NCBI RefSeq assembly: GCF_001194135.2
Contig: NC_069001.1
Coordinates: 28,393,446-28,452,960, forward strand
Direction of reading: 5' to 3'
Origin: Octopus bimaculoides
Lineage: Eukaryota
Length of the DNA stretch: 59,515 nt
Positions 25,945-38,183 of this stretch are shown piece after piece. The notes under the pieces were generated by a model that had not been told where the DNA came from, ran no database searches, and saw nothing but the letters and a program-made list of their open reading frames with translations. Numbering within the stretch: the first letter of the stretch is position 1; every line of letters starts with the position of its first letter. Position numbers and translations under genes: made by a program.

Positions 25945-26292
25945 TCAACCATATTTCGTGGTCTCCTACCACAACAGCTCCTTTATAGTATCCATTTAGC
26001 TCAAGACATCATCAGGAAGAACCACGTCCGGTTTCGGCCCCTACTCCTCTACAGTTTTGACGTGGCACTCCCCTCCTTTCGGAGGTGTCTTCAGCTCTGG
26101 TGTTGAGTGCATATCTTCTTTCTCCTTTCTTCTGTTCCCTGACCTCTTCGAAGCTGCGTCAACGAGTGTCAGCGGCCGACTGACAGTCTTGTCAAATTTC
26201 CCTTTAGGTTGCTGGATTCCCACACTTATTTAGAACTCTTCATATGTATGCGTTTTCTTTTATATTAATGTGCCTGTATTGTAAAGAAAGCA

Positions 26293-26300
<8 letters not shown>
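25945..26300. other. GC-richer island of unknown origin, possibly a retroelement terminal repeat
   Basis: Compositionally distinct; CCTCC-TTTC-GGAGG hairpin at 26073-26086; ends at an (ATT)n run. No second copy in the window. Confidence 0.25.
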
Positions 26301-26328
<28 letters not shown>

Positions 26329-26330
26329 TA

Positions 26331-26535
26331 AGGCGGCGAACTGGCAGAATCATTAGCACGCTGGACGAAATACTTAGAGATATTTCACCCGTCGCTACAT
26401 TATAAGGTTCAAATTCCGCCGAGATCGACTTCGCCTTTGATTCTTTCAGTGTCAATAAATTAAGTACCAGTAAAACACCAGGGCCGATGTAATCAACTAG
26501 CTCCTCTACCGTCCGTGCCTAGAGTGGAAAGCGTT
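26331..26535 (+). mobile_element. SINE-B, full length
   Basis: A-box-like TGGCAGAATCATTAG and B-box GGTTCAAATTCC (26406-26417); preceded by (ATT)n at about 26293-26328. Confidence 0.9.
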
Positions 26536-26555
26536 GTTTTAATTATTATCCTTAT

Positions 26556-26788
26556 TATTCCTTCGTAACACAGTGTAGGTAAAAATGCACCGTAGACTTT
26601 AATCATCCGTCAGGTCACAACAACGACCTCAGACCGATAATACTTTCCTTAAGATATGTCGTGTACCCGATAAGGCTACTTTTTTTGCAAGATGTCAACA
26701 TTGCATGGGATTTCCAGTTGCCTTAGGAAGTCTTGAAGCTTGAATGTGATTAAGCCCAACGCTCCGATAACCACCGGTATCACTTTTA

Positions 26789-26790
<2 letters not shown>
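26556..26790 (-). mobile_element. R4/Dong-type non-LTR retrotransposon, 5'-truncated 3' end
   Basis: Minus translation VKVIPVVIGALGLITFKLQDFLRQLEIPCNVDILQK/VALSGTRHILRKVLSV* (one frameshift in an A-run; stop at 26629-26631) is the RLE-clade C-terminus. TAA-type repeats lie on both sides. Confidence 0.85.
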
Positions 26791-26858
<68 letters not shown>

Positions 26859-26945
26859 GTTATCTTTATTGTCGTTGTTGTTATTAGTATTATTATTATT
26901 ATTATTATTATTATTGTTGTTGTTGTTGTTGTTAGTATTAGTATA
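26791..26945. repeat. (ATT)n/(GTT)n microsatellite
   Basis: Direct reading. Confidence 0.95.
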
Positions 26946-27602
26946 GTCGCCTTTTGTGACAGAGCAGATGAATTAAAATAAAAAATGACTCGGGTATGGT
27001 TTCAGATTTCCCTACCAGTCGGTTGTCAGTATGTAAAGCGAAGCTAATTCTGCTATCTTACTGAGTCAAGGTCCTATGTCTAAATTTATCCACTGATTCC
27101 GCTACAACGAGGTGACTGGTTTAATCTTACCTGTTGTCAAATCAATAGGTTATTGATTAATTAAGGTGAAATCATTTTCCTTAAAATAAGTTGCAGCTTT
27201 ATCATCGTTTTTTTGTTTAGTTGTTGTTTAAATCTTGCATTTATGTTTTGTTTCTCAGTTTCATATCTGTACCAAACTTGTCTGTCTTTAAGGAATTCAC
27301 TTTATGCTTCTCTCACTCTCAGAACTTCTAGCTATTTTTGATTTTCATTCGTGTATCATTCTTTCAGATAATCAAAAATAGCCCAAGATAATATGAACGG
27401 ATGGAGTGCATTGATGAAGCGGAAAATTCCCGCTACTAATATCTAGTTATGGTCCCTCCGTTTGTGAGAATATACTCCCTAGAAATATTAATCAAATCCT
27501 TAAAAATTAGTGAGTTAACTAGAATTAAACCGAAAAAGGAAAAAGGTATATTAGTCCTATAGATATAAGGATAATGTCCTATAGATATGAGGATTAATGT
27601 GC

Positions 27603-27656
<54 letters not shown>

Positions 27657-29395
27657 ACGAATGCATCAATACGTAATATAAAACAGAGAAGGAAAAATTC
27701 GATTTTTACCAATTGTGGCCGGTGGTGCATAGAAGCACCTACATTGCTGGAGATTAGATTTAAGCCCCCATTAGATCCGCCAAAAAGCATATGTCTATAC
27801 ATCGAGAAATGAGATAACTGCCCCACAGCCAGAGAAATCGATATACCAGTCTATTTTGGATTAGAATTAAAGCTCATCAATGATGGTTTAACTAAAACCC
27901 GAATGTCAGTATATAGTATTAACGGCTATGTTTAAAGTTAAAGTTTAGACAGGACACTTTAAAAATTCGTATCCAAACCTTGTTTGGGCATGTCCCTAAT
28001 TGTATGACTTGAGAGGAGGTTCACCACATACGGCTACCAGATGTCCTCCACGGTCTGCACTTTAGTCGCTGGATCTACGTGAGGAATTCTTCGGTGCACG
28101 GTTAATATATATTAAATAATTGATAGGGTAGACAGAGTGTACCGTAAGCTTTATTTAGCACGACGATCGTTTCGGGTTACATCTGCATTGCGCCCTTGTG
28201 GAACCGAACAGAGGAAACTACATCTGGCTAAATAATGTTACAGTGTTATAATATGTGCGTGCATTTCTAGTAGTTCTTTCACAGATCCATTCATGAGGCA
28301 GAATGTTTGGTACGTATTCGGAGAGCGGTAGGTAGGGATTGCAAAGAATCTATTACAAGGAATATATGGGAAGGTTAGAATAGCTTTCGTATGAAGGATC
28401 TGGATTTCTTTGATGGATGATCAGGCGCATCAATCGTAGCAACGTTGGTGTGTGTGTGCATGTGTACATTTATATATACATACATGTGTATGTTCGCATG
28501 CATATACTTTCACATAAGCACTCATAAGTTCATACACATCTATATACATCCACAAATACTTATCCAAGTGATCATTGTATGGTGTTTATTGGGGTACTCT
28601 ATTGTGGCTATCTGTGCCTGCCCGAGTGGTGAAATGTTCCAACTGCAATAGGCGAATGTGGATGTTTTACATGTATGCATCGTGTAATCCTTTTGGATAA
28701 TTTAACTCATTCTCTACTTGATAGAATGAACAAAGATTCTCCAGAGCACAGTCCACACCTCCTGGTCAGGAGTTTGTACGGTTATGCATGTTTTAATTCC
28801 CCAGAACAGTCCATAATTAAAGTTGTCACATTTTAATTTGCACAGAAAATCCACCAGCGATGTTGCATGTCTCTTAGTTACATTTTTGAGGCTTGAGAAG
28901 TGTTTACGATATCGATTGTATCGGCTGTATCTACACATACAGACCAATTCGTGTGTGCACAGTGCAGTTATACACGAGATTACGACTCGTGCAAAAGTTA
29001 GGCAACGAGCATCATGATTTGTCCCCACACGAGCATTTGTTGCTGGTTGTTTTTAGTGAACTGCTGTTATTCACATACGGTCTAGTTGTTCTCGTTCCAA
29101 CTCGGTTCCTATTCACTATACTGTTGTTTTGCAGACTCGCAGGGTTATTTAGGTTTTCGTTCTAAAATTGAAATTACAACGAAATATCATTGTAAAAAAA
29201 AAACCCTTTAATTACAGAAAATTACAGGTGTTCTGTAATGACAACGAAATCAGAAACGATTACGTTGAAATCATTTCTGGAGTGATTAGTTCTGTAGATT
29301 TCTATGCGTAATGCTTTCTGGGGGAGGGTCACGCGAGCATTGTATGTTGCTTCATAAGTGTTGTGCAACTCTTTGTTTCATTTTCTTTGGTTCAG

Positions 29396-29431
29396 TCGGT
29401 GCCTTTGCTGCCCAAAGTTACAGGAATTGGC
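29396..29431 (+). CDS. Candidate 36-nt microexon (unverified)
   Basis: Acceptor ctctttgtttcattttctttggttcag, donor GTAAGA, length divisible by 3, all three frames open. No homology recognised. Confidence 0.25.
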
Positions 29432-31631
29432 GTAAGACACTTTCACAGTATGTTTGTTAGTAGTATTGTGCATCCGATTCCATTATATCCAGTGCAGATG
29501 TAAGCGACAACGATCGTCGTACTAAATAAAGCTTACAGTACACTCCATCTTCCCTATCATTTATTATATATATATATATCTATATATNNNNNNNNNNNNN
29601 NNNNNNNNNNNNNNNNNNNNNNNNNNNNNNNNNNNNNNNNNNNNNNNNNNNNNNNNNNNNNNNNNNNNNNNNNNNNNNNNNNNNNNNNNNNNNNNNNNNN
29701 NNNNNNNNNNNNNNNNNNNNNNNNNNNNNNNNNNNNNNNNNNNNNNNNNNNNNNNNNNNNNNNNNNNNNNNNNNNNNNNNNNNNNNNNNNNNNNNNNNNN
29801 NNNNNNNNNNNNNNNNNNNNNNNNNNNNNNNNNNNNNNNNNNNNNNNNNNNNNNNNNNNNNTATATATATATATTCATATATATATATATATATTCACTA
29901 TGGACACAGTTCCACTGCATTTGTGGAAAATCTGTTACAGACAAAATTATATAATCTTGTACGTATTTTCTCTTGGTTGTTTTGTTTAATTCTCTAATTT
30001 GGCCTTTTCTCATCTCTGTCATAAGCATCAATGGTTTTAGTTAGATTGTAACACTATTTATCCCTGAGCAATGAATGAGTTATTTTCCTACAGTATGTTT
30101 TTCAAGTTTAGAACAGCGTTTCTATCGTAGTGCTTCTACTTGGAATTTACACTTGTGAATCCACTGTTATATTCAGACTTAAAATTCACTTTGATTCCAT
30201 TCTTTTCAATACTTCCATCTCCCTTTCATATTTGCCATCCATAACATTCTAATTAATTATTTATATTGGTTATTTGTTATATTCTTCTATGTGTAGCGTT
30301 GTTTTCGAGTACTACGGCTATAACAGGTTTAGAGATGGAACTATATCACAGAAATAATCGACAACTCTAACCACGTTGTTATAAATACCAGTGCTGCGCT
30401 TCAATTGGTTTTAAGTATACAACAAAATCGTTAAAACATATTCATCTGCTCACAAATATTTAGATAACTACTTTTGACTCAAAATAGCATGAATTTCATA
30501 TATAAATCGCTGAATTCACAAGAAACATCTCAATATTTATTCATTTAATTAAATATTCCTGAGCCCTTATGGTTAATAGAAAACAAATTAAGTTTAATAT
30601 TTATCGACTTCCAAATGGTGAAAGTCAAATTTGACTTCGTCAGCATTTGAATATTAAACGCAATGACTCGGAACTAATACTGACTGGTAGTCCTATCCGA
30701 CGCACTACTACTACTACTACTACTATCACCACGACTACCACCACCACCTTCAAACACTTTGTGCATTTATGTGTAAAGTATTGTTCTGTGGCTTTTTTTT
30801 TTAACATTTTAACCAATAAATCGTTTGTCACACGCTCGCTCCTACCCACTAAACATTAATTTAGAGTAATTAATTAGCAGCTCACTTATGAAGCCAGTTA
30901 TCATGGGAGTGTACTGATAGCTTCATATTTTATTCGTCGCTCATAATTCATAGTTTGTAAGAAAAATACACTTTCTGTTTAAATCACGTATATACTACAA
31001 ACTTAGTTAATTTGAAAGCATCTATGATAGCAATTGTATCTCTTATTCTTGTTGTTTTATAGCTTATCAGAGGTCAACCTAATTGCAGATATCTATAAGA
31101 GTTTGTAACAGAAGCAAAAGGCTAGACATTTAGGGAGTGGAAAGTTAATACTAGCAATTGACTATTACTTTTATCGAAGCTTTATTAATGAAGTACCGTG
31201 TTGAACTCGACAAGTTGCAAGTTTCGAATTACGAAAATAAAGAACCAGAAAAAATACTAAAATATTTAATTGATAGTTCAAGAGGACTCCCCTCTTAAAA
31301 TTACAATCTACATTACACATTTCTTCAAATCCAAGTATATATATATATATATNNNNNNNNNNNNNNNNNNNNNNNNNNNNNNNNNNNNNNNNNNNNNNNN
31401 NNNNNNNNNNNNNNNNNNNNNNNNNNNNNNNNNNNNNNNNNNNNNNNNNNNNNNNNNNNNNNNNNNNNNNNNNNNNNNNNNNNNNNNNNNNNNNNNNNNN
31501 NNNNNNNNNNNNNNNNNNNNNNNNNNNNNNNNNNNNNNNNNNNNNNNNNNNNNNNNNNNNNNNNNNNNNNNNNNNNACGCACTGTATATTTGGTGTTAAT
31601 TTTTTTTTTTTATATATATATATATATATAT

Positions 31632-31672
<41 letters not shown>

Positions 31673-31904
31673 TGCGTGTTTCAAATTTACAACAAACAAA
31701 AGACGAAGACAAGTGTAGGAACAACAAGCAGGTGAATTAGTTTAACTTTCGGAAAGAAAGGAAAAGTTTTTTTTAGGATTTGAGCAGACGCTCTTCAACA
31801 GAAAGGAACAAGAGAAAGGAAAATGAGAGAGAAAATAAAAATAAAAACGCAGAGAGAAAAAAATGTGGCGGAGAAAAACAGTTCAACATGCTAATATATA
31901 TATT

Positions 31905-32025
31905 ATCTTCTTTCAACTTCCGTCTACCGGTCGGCCCGAGGCAGTAGTAGAAACACTTGACAAACGTACAAAGTAGTTGGACGGGATCCGAAACCATGTT
32001 TGTGAGAAACAATCTCCTGACTACT
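31905..32025 (-). mobile_element. SINE-A 5' half, degenerate
   Basis: cttccgtctacc...ggtcggcccgaggcagtagtagaaacacttg...ccgaaaccatgt. Confidence 0.6.
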
Positions 32026-32884
32026 TTGTTTCAAGATTTTATTCTTTGTTCTTGAAGCCACCTCGACAGCAATATAGTATTACTACACTCAAACAAAATT
32101 CGGCCTTCTCCATCCCCTATTTTTACTAAATATCATACCAAATCATATCATAGGCGCTGATCGTAAGAAACATTGCTCTATTCAATCTGCTTTTTGCCAG
32201 AGCGAAAAGAAAGGTATACCAACCTGCATAGGTAAGAGGTCAGTCACACACTGAGAATTCTTCATACAGTTGACGAAAAAAGGGTTTGTTGGAGCCAGTG
32301 CTCTGCGGGCGGGTATTTATATATGGTCTAAATAAATATAACTTTCGCTCACATAATAGTATATAATAAAATTAAATGTAAACGAATTCTAGGTAGCTAG
32401 AATTTGTTTGATTTGTCCACCAGCGAATAATCGCATACCCTTCACAAACTCTTTTTTTTAATCGCTTCTCTCTAAAGCATATCACCACCATAAAATTGAT
32501 CATTGCATAACCCGATGCGGATTATCAAGTTCGGTATTATACAGGGGTTTCGTTATGTCCACTTAACATTTTAAGTAATCCAGTTGGGATTAATTCTTCC
32601 TCTTTCATTATTCAGTTGTCGATAGATCGACTTCGCAATAAAGCAATGGATTCGATAAAATCGAATGAACTCCAATGGACTTTGTGAGACTCGTACTTGT
32701 ATAGCCTTTCCATGATATATCAACCTGCAAGACACAGAATCCAAAGCTGACAATAAGGATCACGTTTGTCAATATTTAGTAAAATTAGAAGATGGAAAAG
32801 AGTAAAATGGCTTTCAGCATAGTATTACTTCGTTACTGTCGAGATGAGTTGTAAAATAAACAAACAAAAATATTTAACAACGTT

Positions 32885-33202
32885 GCAAGAAGTTTGCTTC
32901 TCATTCACATGATTCAGAATTCAGTCCCACTACGTCGTACCCTGGGTACCACGAGTCTTCTATTATAGCCTCGGGGTAACCAAAACTTTGTGAGTGAATT
33001 TGCTAGATGAAAACTGAAAGATGTCCCTCTGTCGTATATAGTTCCATATATTCATACAAATATGTATATGCATATGTGCGTAAATTTGTGTGTGTGTGGT
33101 TCTGAGTTCAGCCCTACCGCGTGGCACTTCGGCTTCTGCTCTAACTTCGGACCGAAAAATCCGTTTGAGACGGAAAATGAACGAAGCTCATCGTGTACAT
33201 AA

Positions 33203-33242
<40 letters not shown>

Positions 33243-33640
33243 CAAATTGAATGTACAACTGAAGGAGCTACGAATAGTTTCATACTCTTATGGTATTTGG
33301 ATAGGCGTTTTTATGAAATACGTCATGTGTCTTAAAGCAATCTTTCACTATCTATTTGTGAGTTCTACTTGCATGTACATATGTATGTGTGCGCGCGCAT
33401 GCTTTGTGCGTGTGTGTATATGAGTCTGTCTATGCCACCTATCACCGCTTGAGAACCGGTTTTGGTTTCTTTGTGTCCTAATATTTTAGCGATTCGTTAA
33501 AAGAATTCGATAGAAGGAATGCAAGGCTTTAAACAGATATTAGTACTGGAGTCGTTTCTTTGGACTAAAGATTTTTCACATAAATGCCCCAGCATTGCCA
33601 TAGACTAATAACTCAAAGAAGTAAGAAGCGATAAACAAAA
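32885..33640 (+). mobile_element. SINE-A with expanded microsatellite and a second nested head
   Basis: Head at 32885-33050, second head fragment at about 33095-33200 inside the microsatellite, 3' half at about 33430-33640. Confidence 0.65.
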
Positions 33641-34076
33641 AGATAAAATCTATGATGGATCAATAAAATGGTGTATTTCGTGAACAGGTTACAATTTCAG
33701 GAAACGAAAAATGTCAGGAATATCTAATCTCTTGTGACAGAATTTCAAACATATAGAAAGGAGAATTGTATTGGCCACATAGAATGTCAACATTATAATA
33801 TATCACATTGGTATATCACCCATTCGCATCGTTGATTATATATTCAAGTTAAAAATGTCATGTTAGCTCATAGGAAATAATCGATAATTGTAAGTGTAAT
33901 TTATTCATTGTTAAATAGTATTAGTGTTATTACTAACATATTTACTACAAATATATAATTGAAGAATTTGTTTTATTAAATTTCCCTTTACGTTATAAAT
34001 ATATTCAATTCGAAAATTAATTTTCATAAGCACAATTAGAAATTTGAAAACGTATATCAATATAACGTAATATATA

Positions 34077-34495
34077 GGCCATTGAGCTGGGAGAACCGTT
34101 AGCGCGCTGTACGAAAGCTAACGTTCTTAGTTCAAATTCCGCCGAGTTTGACTTTGCTTTTATTATTTCAGGGTCGATAAAATATGAAACAATTTTTCAC
34201 TACGGTCGCTTTAATGTACTTCCTCTCCCCCGAAGTTGCTGGACTTGTACCAATTTTGGACAACAATATTATCATAATCTATGTTAGGTGGAGCCCCGGC
34301 AGAATTGTCAGCACGTCAGACAGTGCTTGGCGGTATGCCGTCCATCATTATTTTCTGAGTTCAAATTTCGTCGACGTCTACCTTGCCTTTCATCTATCCG
34401 GAGGTCGATAAAATAAGTACCCTTTGAGCGATGAGAACAATGTTAAGACTAACCCTTCACCCGAACTTACTGGACATGCGAAAATTTGAAAGCAA
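34077..34495 (+). mobile_element. Two head-to-tail SINE-B copies
   Basis: Two gagttcaaatt(c/t)...gtcgataaaat cores (about 34130-34180 and 34357-34420) joined by aatattatcataat. Confidence 0.8.
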
Positions 34496-35571
34496 TATTG
34501 TAGTTAATATACACTGTAAAATTATTTATATTGTCTACAGTAATGAAATTATATTCCGAACTGTTACCAGCTATATGATAGAGAAACACTAGTGCAATCT
34601 TTGTTCTCTTATACTTTACTATTGCTAGTCATCAGCCTCAAAGCGCACAAGTGTATTGCTGCTTACGATTTTCTTCGTTTTTAATTATATTGAGCGATGG
34701 CATAGTTCAGGTTAACTTATTTTATCGATTTAATGGTCAAACAGAAGTTCCTTAAGACAAAAAAAAATGGAATTACGCATTTCAAAGAGTGTAAAAAAAG
34801 AAGACATATTTGCACGTACGACAGATTTCCTAAACATTTCTGTATACAGAAACGTTTGAGAATTGCTCAACAGGAAATCTACTCGACAATATTTGCCAAA
34901 GATGGTACGTACCTAGTGGAACCGAAAACCAAAATCCGGGAATACGAAGTGAAATTCCTAACATCAAAGAAATCTCAGGTACTAATTATTAGAATCTTTT
35001 ATCAACTCGGGTTCATTTCAGATGTTATCACCTCCGAGCACGGCTTTTGCAAAAATTACCTCTGTGTGTGTGCGTATATATATATATATATATATTCACA
35101 TATATCTATATTCATTTGTACGAGTGGCCTATGTTACTGCTTAGCTCAAATGGTCTGGTTTGCCTGGGGGTTACAGTAGAAGTCACTTGTCCAGAATGCC
35201 ACACAGTAGGACTGATTTTGGGACTACGTGTGGTTCAGACGCAAAATTCTTACTGCAGAACAATGCCATGTCCTATAAAATAAATAGGTGAAGTTGTATG
35301 TATCGATAGTTGTGTGAAACTAAAAGTATAGCAAAACATAATTTTTTTTTTTTTCTTTTGAAATTCAAACTAAATCGTAATCTTTGTTTCCTTTCTTATT
35401 GCAAGGAGTGGGTGAAAAGAAATTAGGCATCTGCTTTGCCGCAGTGCATTGACTATGGTTTCAAATACACCCATAACAATATCGATTATATATATATATA
35501 TATATATATATNNNNNNNNNNNNNNNNNNNNNNNNNNNNNNNNNNNNNNNNNNNNNNNNNNNNNNNNNNNN

Positions 35572-35633
<62 letters not shown>

Positions 35634-35795
35634 CACATACATACATATGAATGTGTCGGTGTGCGCGTGCATGTTTCTTCTGTATTGTCTTTAATCTTAT
35701 TGGCAGAGTAGGTATTGGTGTATTCATTCTGCTAATACGAAACAAATATTGATAATAATGCTTCTTTTCAATCTTACAAACACACACACACACAA

Positions 35796-35827
<32 letters not shown>

Positions 35828-36309
35828 TCATTTATCTATTCTTGTATTTTATTTCATTTATTTTAACTTTACATATACATAGAAATAACAGAAGCAACAC
35901 ACAGTGTGAAGTGTTCTAGAGTTATATACGTATGATCAAATAAGAAACTGTATATGAATATGAAGACGAAAACTTGATATTTGAAGAGACAGTTTGACTG
36001 CTAATATCAAGAAATCAACGATATCATGTTGATATAGAGAAAACATAAAACATAAATGTACAGAAAATAATATAGACTTTTCAAAACTAATAACTGCTTT
36101 ACTAAATGTACATATGCTACACTCATATGTTCCATGACGTGTGCTCACAAAACCATATACACCAGAAACAAATACTCTTAGAATTTGTAGATACATGAAT
36201 CTTTATGCACATATGTATGTACATCATGTGGTACACATAGATAGACAGATCGATAGTTAGATAATACATCGATTTATCGATTGGCCGAGAGAAAGTTCGA
36301 TACATACAT

Positions 36310-36345
<36 letters not shown>

Positions 36346-36355
36346 NNNNNNNNNN

Positions 36356-36394
<39 letters not shown>

Positions 36395-36475
36395 GCATGT
36401 GTATATACATATGGGCCTGTGTGTGTGTGTAGATAGGTATGCATAAATACATACACATACAAGCATATACACATT

Positions 36476-36542
<67 letters not shown>

Positions 36543-36937
36543 AATGGGTATATGTATGCCTGTATGGATGTGTGTATGTATGTGTCCATATATACGTATA
36601 TAGGTGGGAGAGGAAGAGAGAATTTTTGCTAAAATATTTCATCAATCAAACTACAGTGAATGCAATAATCGATTTTCTAAACTATAACACCAATCCTTCA
36701 GTGTATTTTTATTTGATTGTATTTCATCATTGTTTGCATTTTCATATTCTTGTGGAAAACATTCGCCAGCATTAATATTGATTGAGCAATTGAACAATTG
36801 TTCTGTCGAAATATGTAATGGTGTGTGCATATAGCAGTTGGCTTCACTTTGGAAATTAGTCTCTACCGACTCTTTTCATATTATTGCTGATGATTCACTA
36901 CCTTACTTCATAGCAGCTTACTTTCATATTCATACTA

Positions 36938-36969
<32 letters not shown>

Positions 36970-36970
<1 letters not shown>

Positions 36971-37180
36971 ACGCGGTGAGCTGGCAGGATAGTTAGCTCG
37001 CCGGATGAAAATATGTTGCGGCATTTCATCCGTCCTTGTATTCCGAGTTCAAATTTCCCTGCGGTTGACTTTGCTTTTCATCCTCTCGGGGTCAATAAAT
37101 TAAGCATCAGAGAAATATTAGGGTTGATATAACCGACTAGACCCCCACCCCCAAAATTTCAGATCCTATAGTAGAAATTG
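36970..37180 (+). mobile_element. SINE-B, full length
   Basis: gcggtgagctggcagga head, gagttcaaattt B box, ccccaaaatttc tail; (ATT)n before and (AGT)n after. Confidence 0.85.
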
Positions 37181-37184
37181 TTTT

Positions 37185-37219
<35 letters not shown>

Positions 37220-37250
37220 CAACAAGAACTACTACTACTATTATTATTTA

Positions 37251-37962
37251 TTGTTTTTGCACAGCTTCTAACGCTGGAGATGTACTACTGTGCTAGTTGT
37301 TCACTACAAGTGAACTAAGGTATCGCCTCATATATTTTGAGCCCCATCCGCAGTATTCGAGCGGTTCCAAAGTGTGCTGTTTTCTGCAAGTGCTCCACAC
37401 TTATTGCAGCCCTTATTTGTTTCATGTACCTCTCAAGGTTTCACAATTTTGTACTTATCACTTTCTGATCTGTTGTCTATTCTGTATTTGATGTAATTCG
37501 TTCTTAATGCTTGCTCTTGGACAGTACATATTAGAGCCTTCGTTTCCGGTTTTAAATCACTTTTAGTGTTCTATAGCCATCTATTTTTCTCTGTATGTCC
37601 TATCTTCAACATCCCTATGGAATTGTTTATGCATTCTTTTCTTTATCCGCCTATTTTCAGTTTCATTCATTCTCAAGTGCTTGTACAGTACTTTATCTTT
37701 GCAATATCCCATCCTACGCAAGCCTGGCCTTTTTACATCCAATAATAGTGGTCCTGTGGCATTCTTTACATACCATGCTATATTGTTTTCTTCTGCTCTA
37801 ATGCTATGTTCGCATCCTATAAGTCCTCCCCCCCCTCTTTTTCTTTGTATATATAGTTGGCCTGCGCCACTTTTTGGGTGGAATATCACATATCTAGTTA
37901 GCAACTTTCTTGTCTTTCTGTCTAAGCTAGTCTACTGTCCATGCGATTACCCCTGTCCCATA
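37251..37962 (-). mobile_element. R4/Dong-type element (family Y), 5'-truncated and internally deleted
   Basis: YGTGVIAWTVD..LDRKTRKLL..FHPKS..LYIQRKRGGGGLIGCE..EENNIAWYV..MHKQFHR..KSDLKPETKALIC..QEQALRTNYIK, then a jump near 37443 to LERYMKQI..EHLQKTAHFGTARILR, the 3' UTR and TAA repeats. Confidence 0.88.
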
Positions 37963-38118
37963 TATTTGTAAGTCCTGGTGTTTTTGTTATGTATTTGTCT
38001 GAATATTTTTTTATTATACCTAAGGCACCTACTATAATAGAAAGTGTTTCTGTTTTTAGATTCCACATTCGAGTTACCTCTATTTCCAGGTCTTTGTATT
38101 TTGAAAGTTTTTCCATAT
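37963..38118 (-). mobile_element. R4/Dong-type element (family X) RLE fragment
   Basis: EKLSKYKDLEIEVTRMWNLKTETLSIIVGALGIIKKYSDKYITKTPGLTNI, an RLE-domain EK..KYxDL and GALG motif; it starts directly after (AAT)n on the minus strand. Confidence 0.85.
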
Positions 38119-38183
38119 TATTATTATTATTATTATTAATACATAAAGGTAGCGTACTGACAGAATCATTAGCATACACAGAG

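Noticed and set aside
34733-35179. 148-aa Lys-rich ORF
   Set aside because: It is partly microsatellite- and repeat-derived with a purine-rich strand bias and no recognisable domain. An occasional ORF of this length is expected across six frames of 60 kb.
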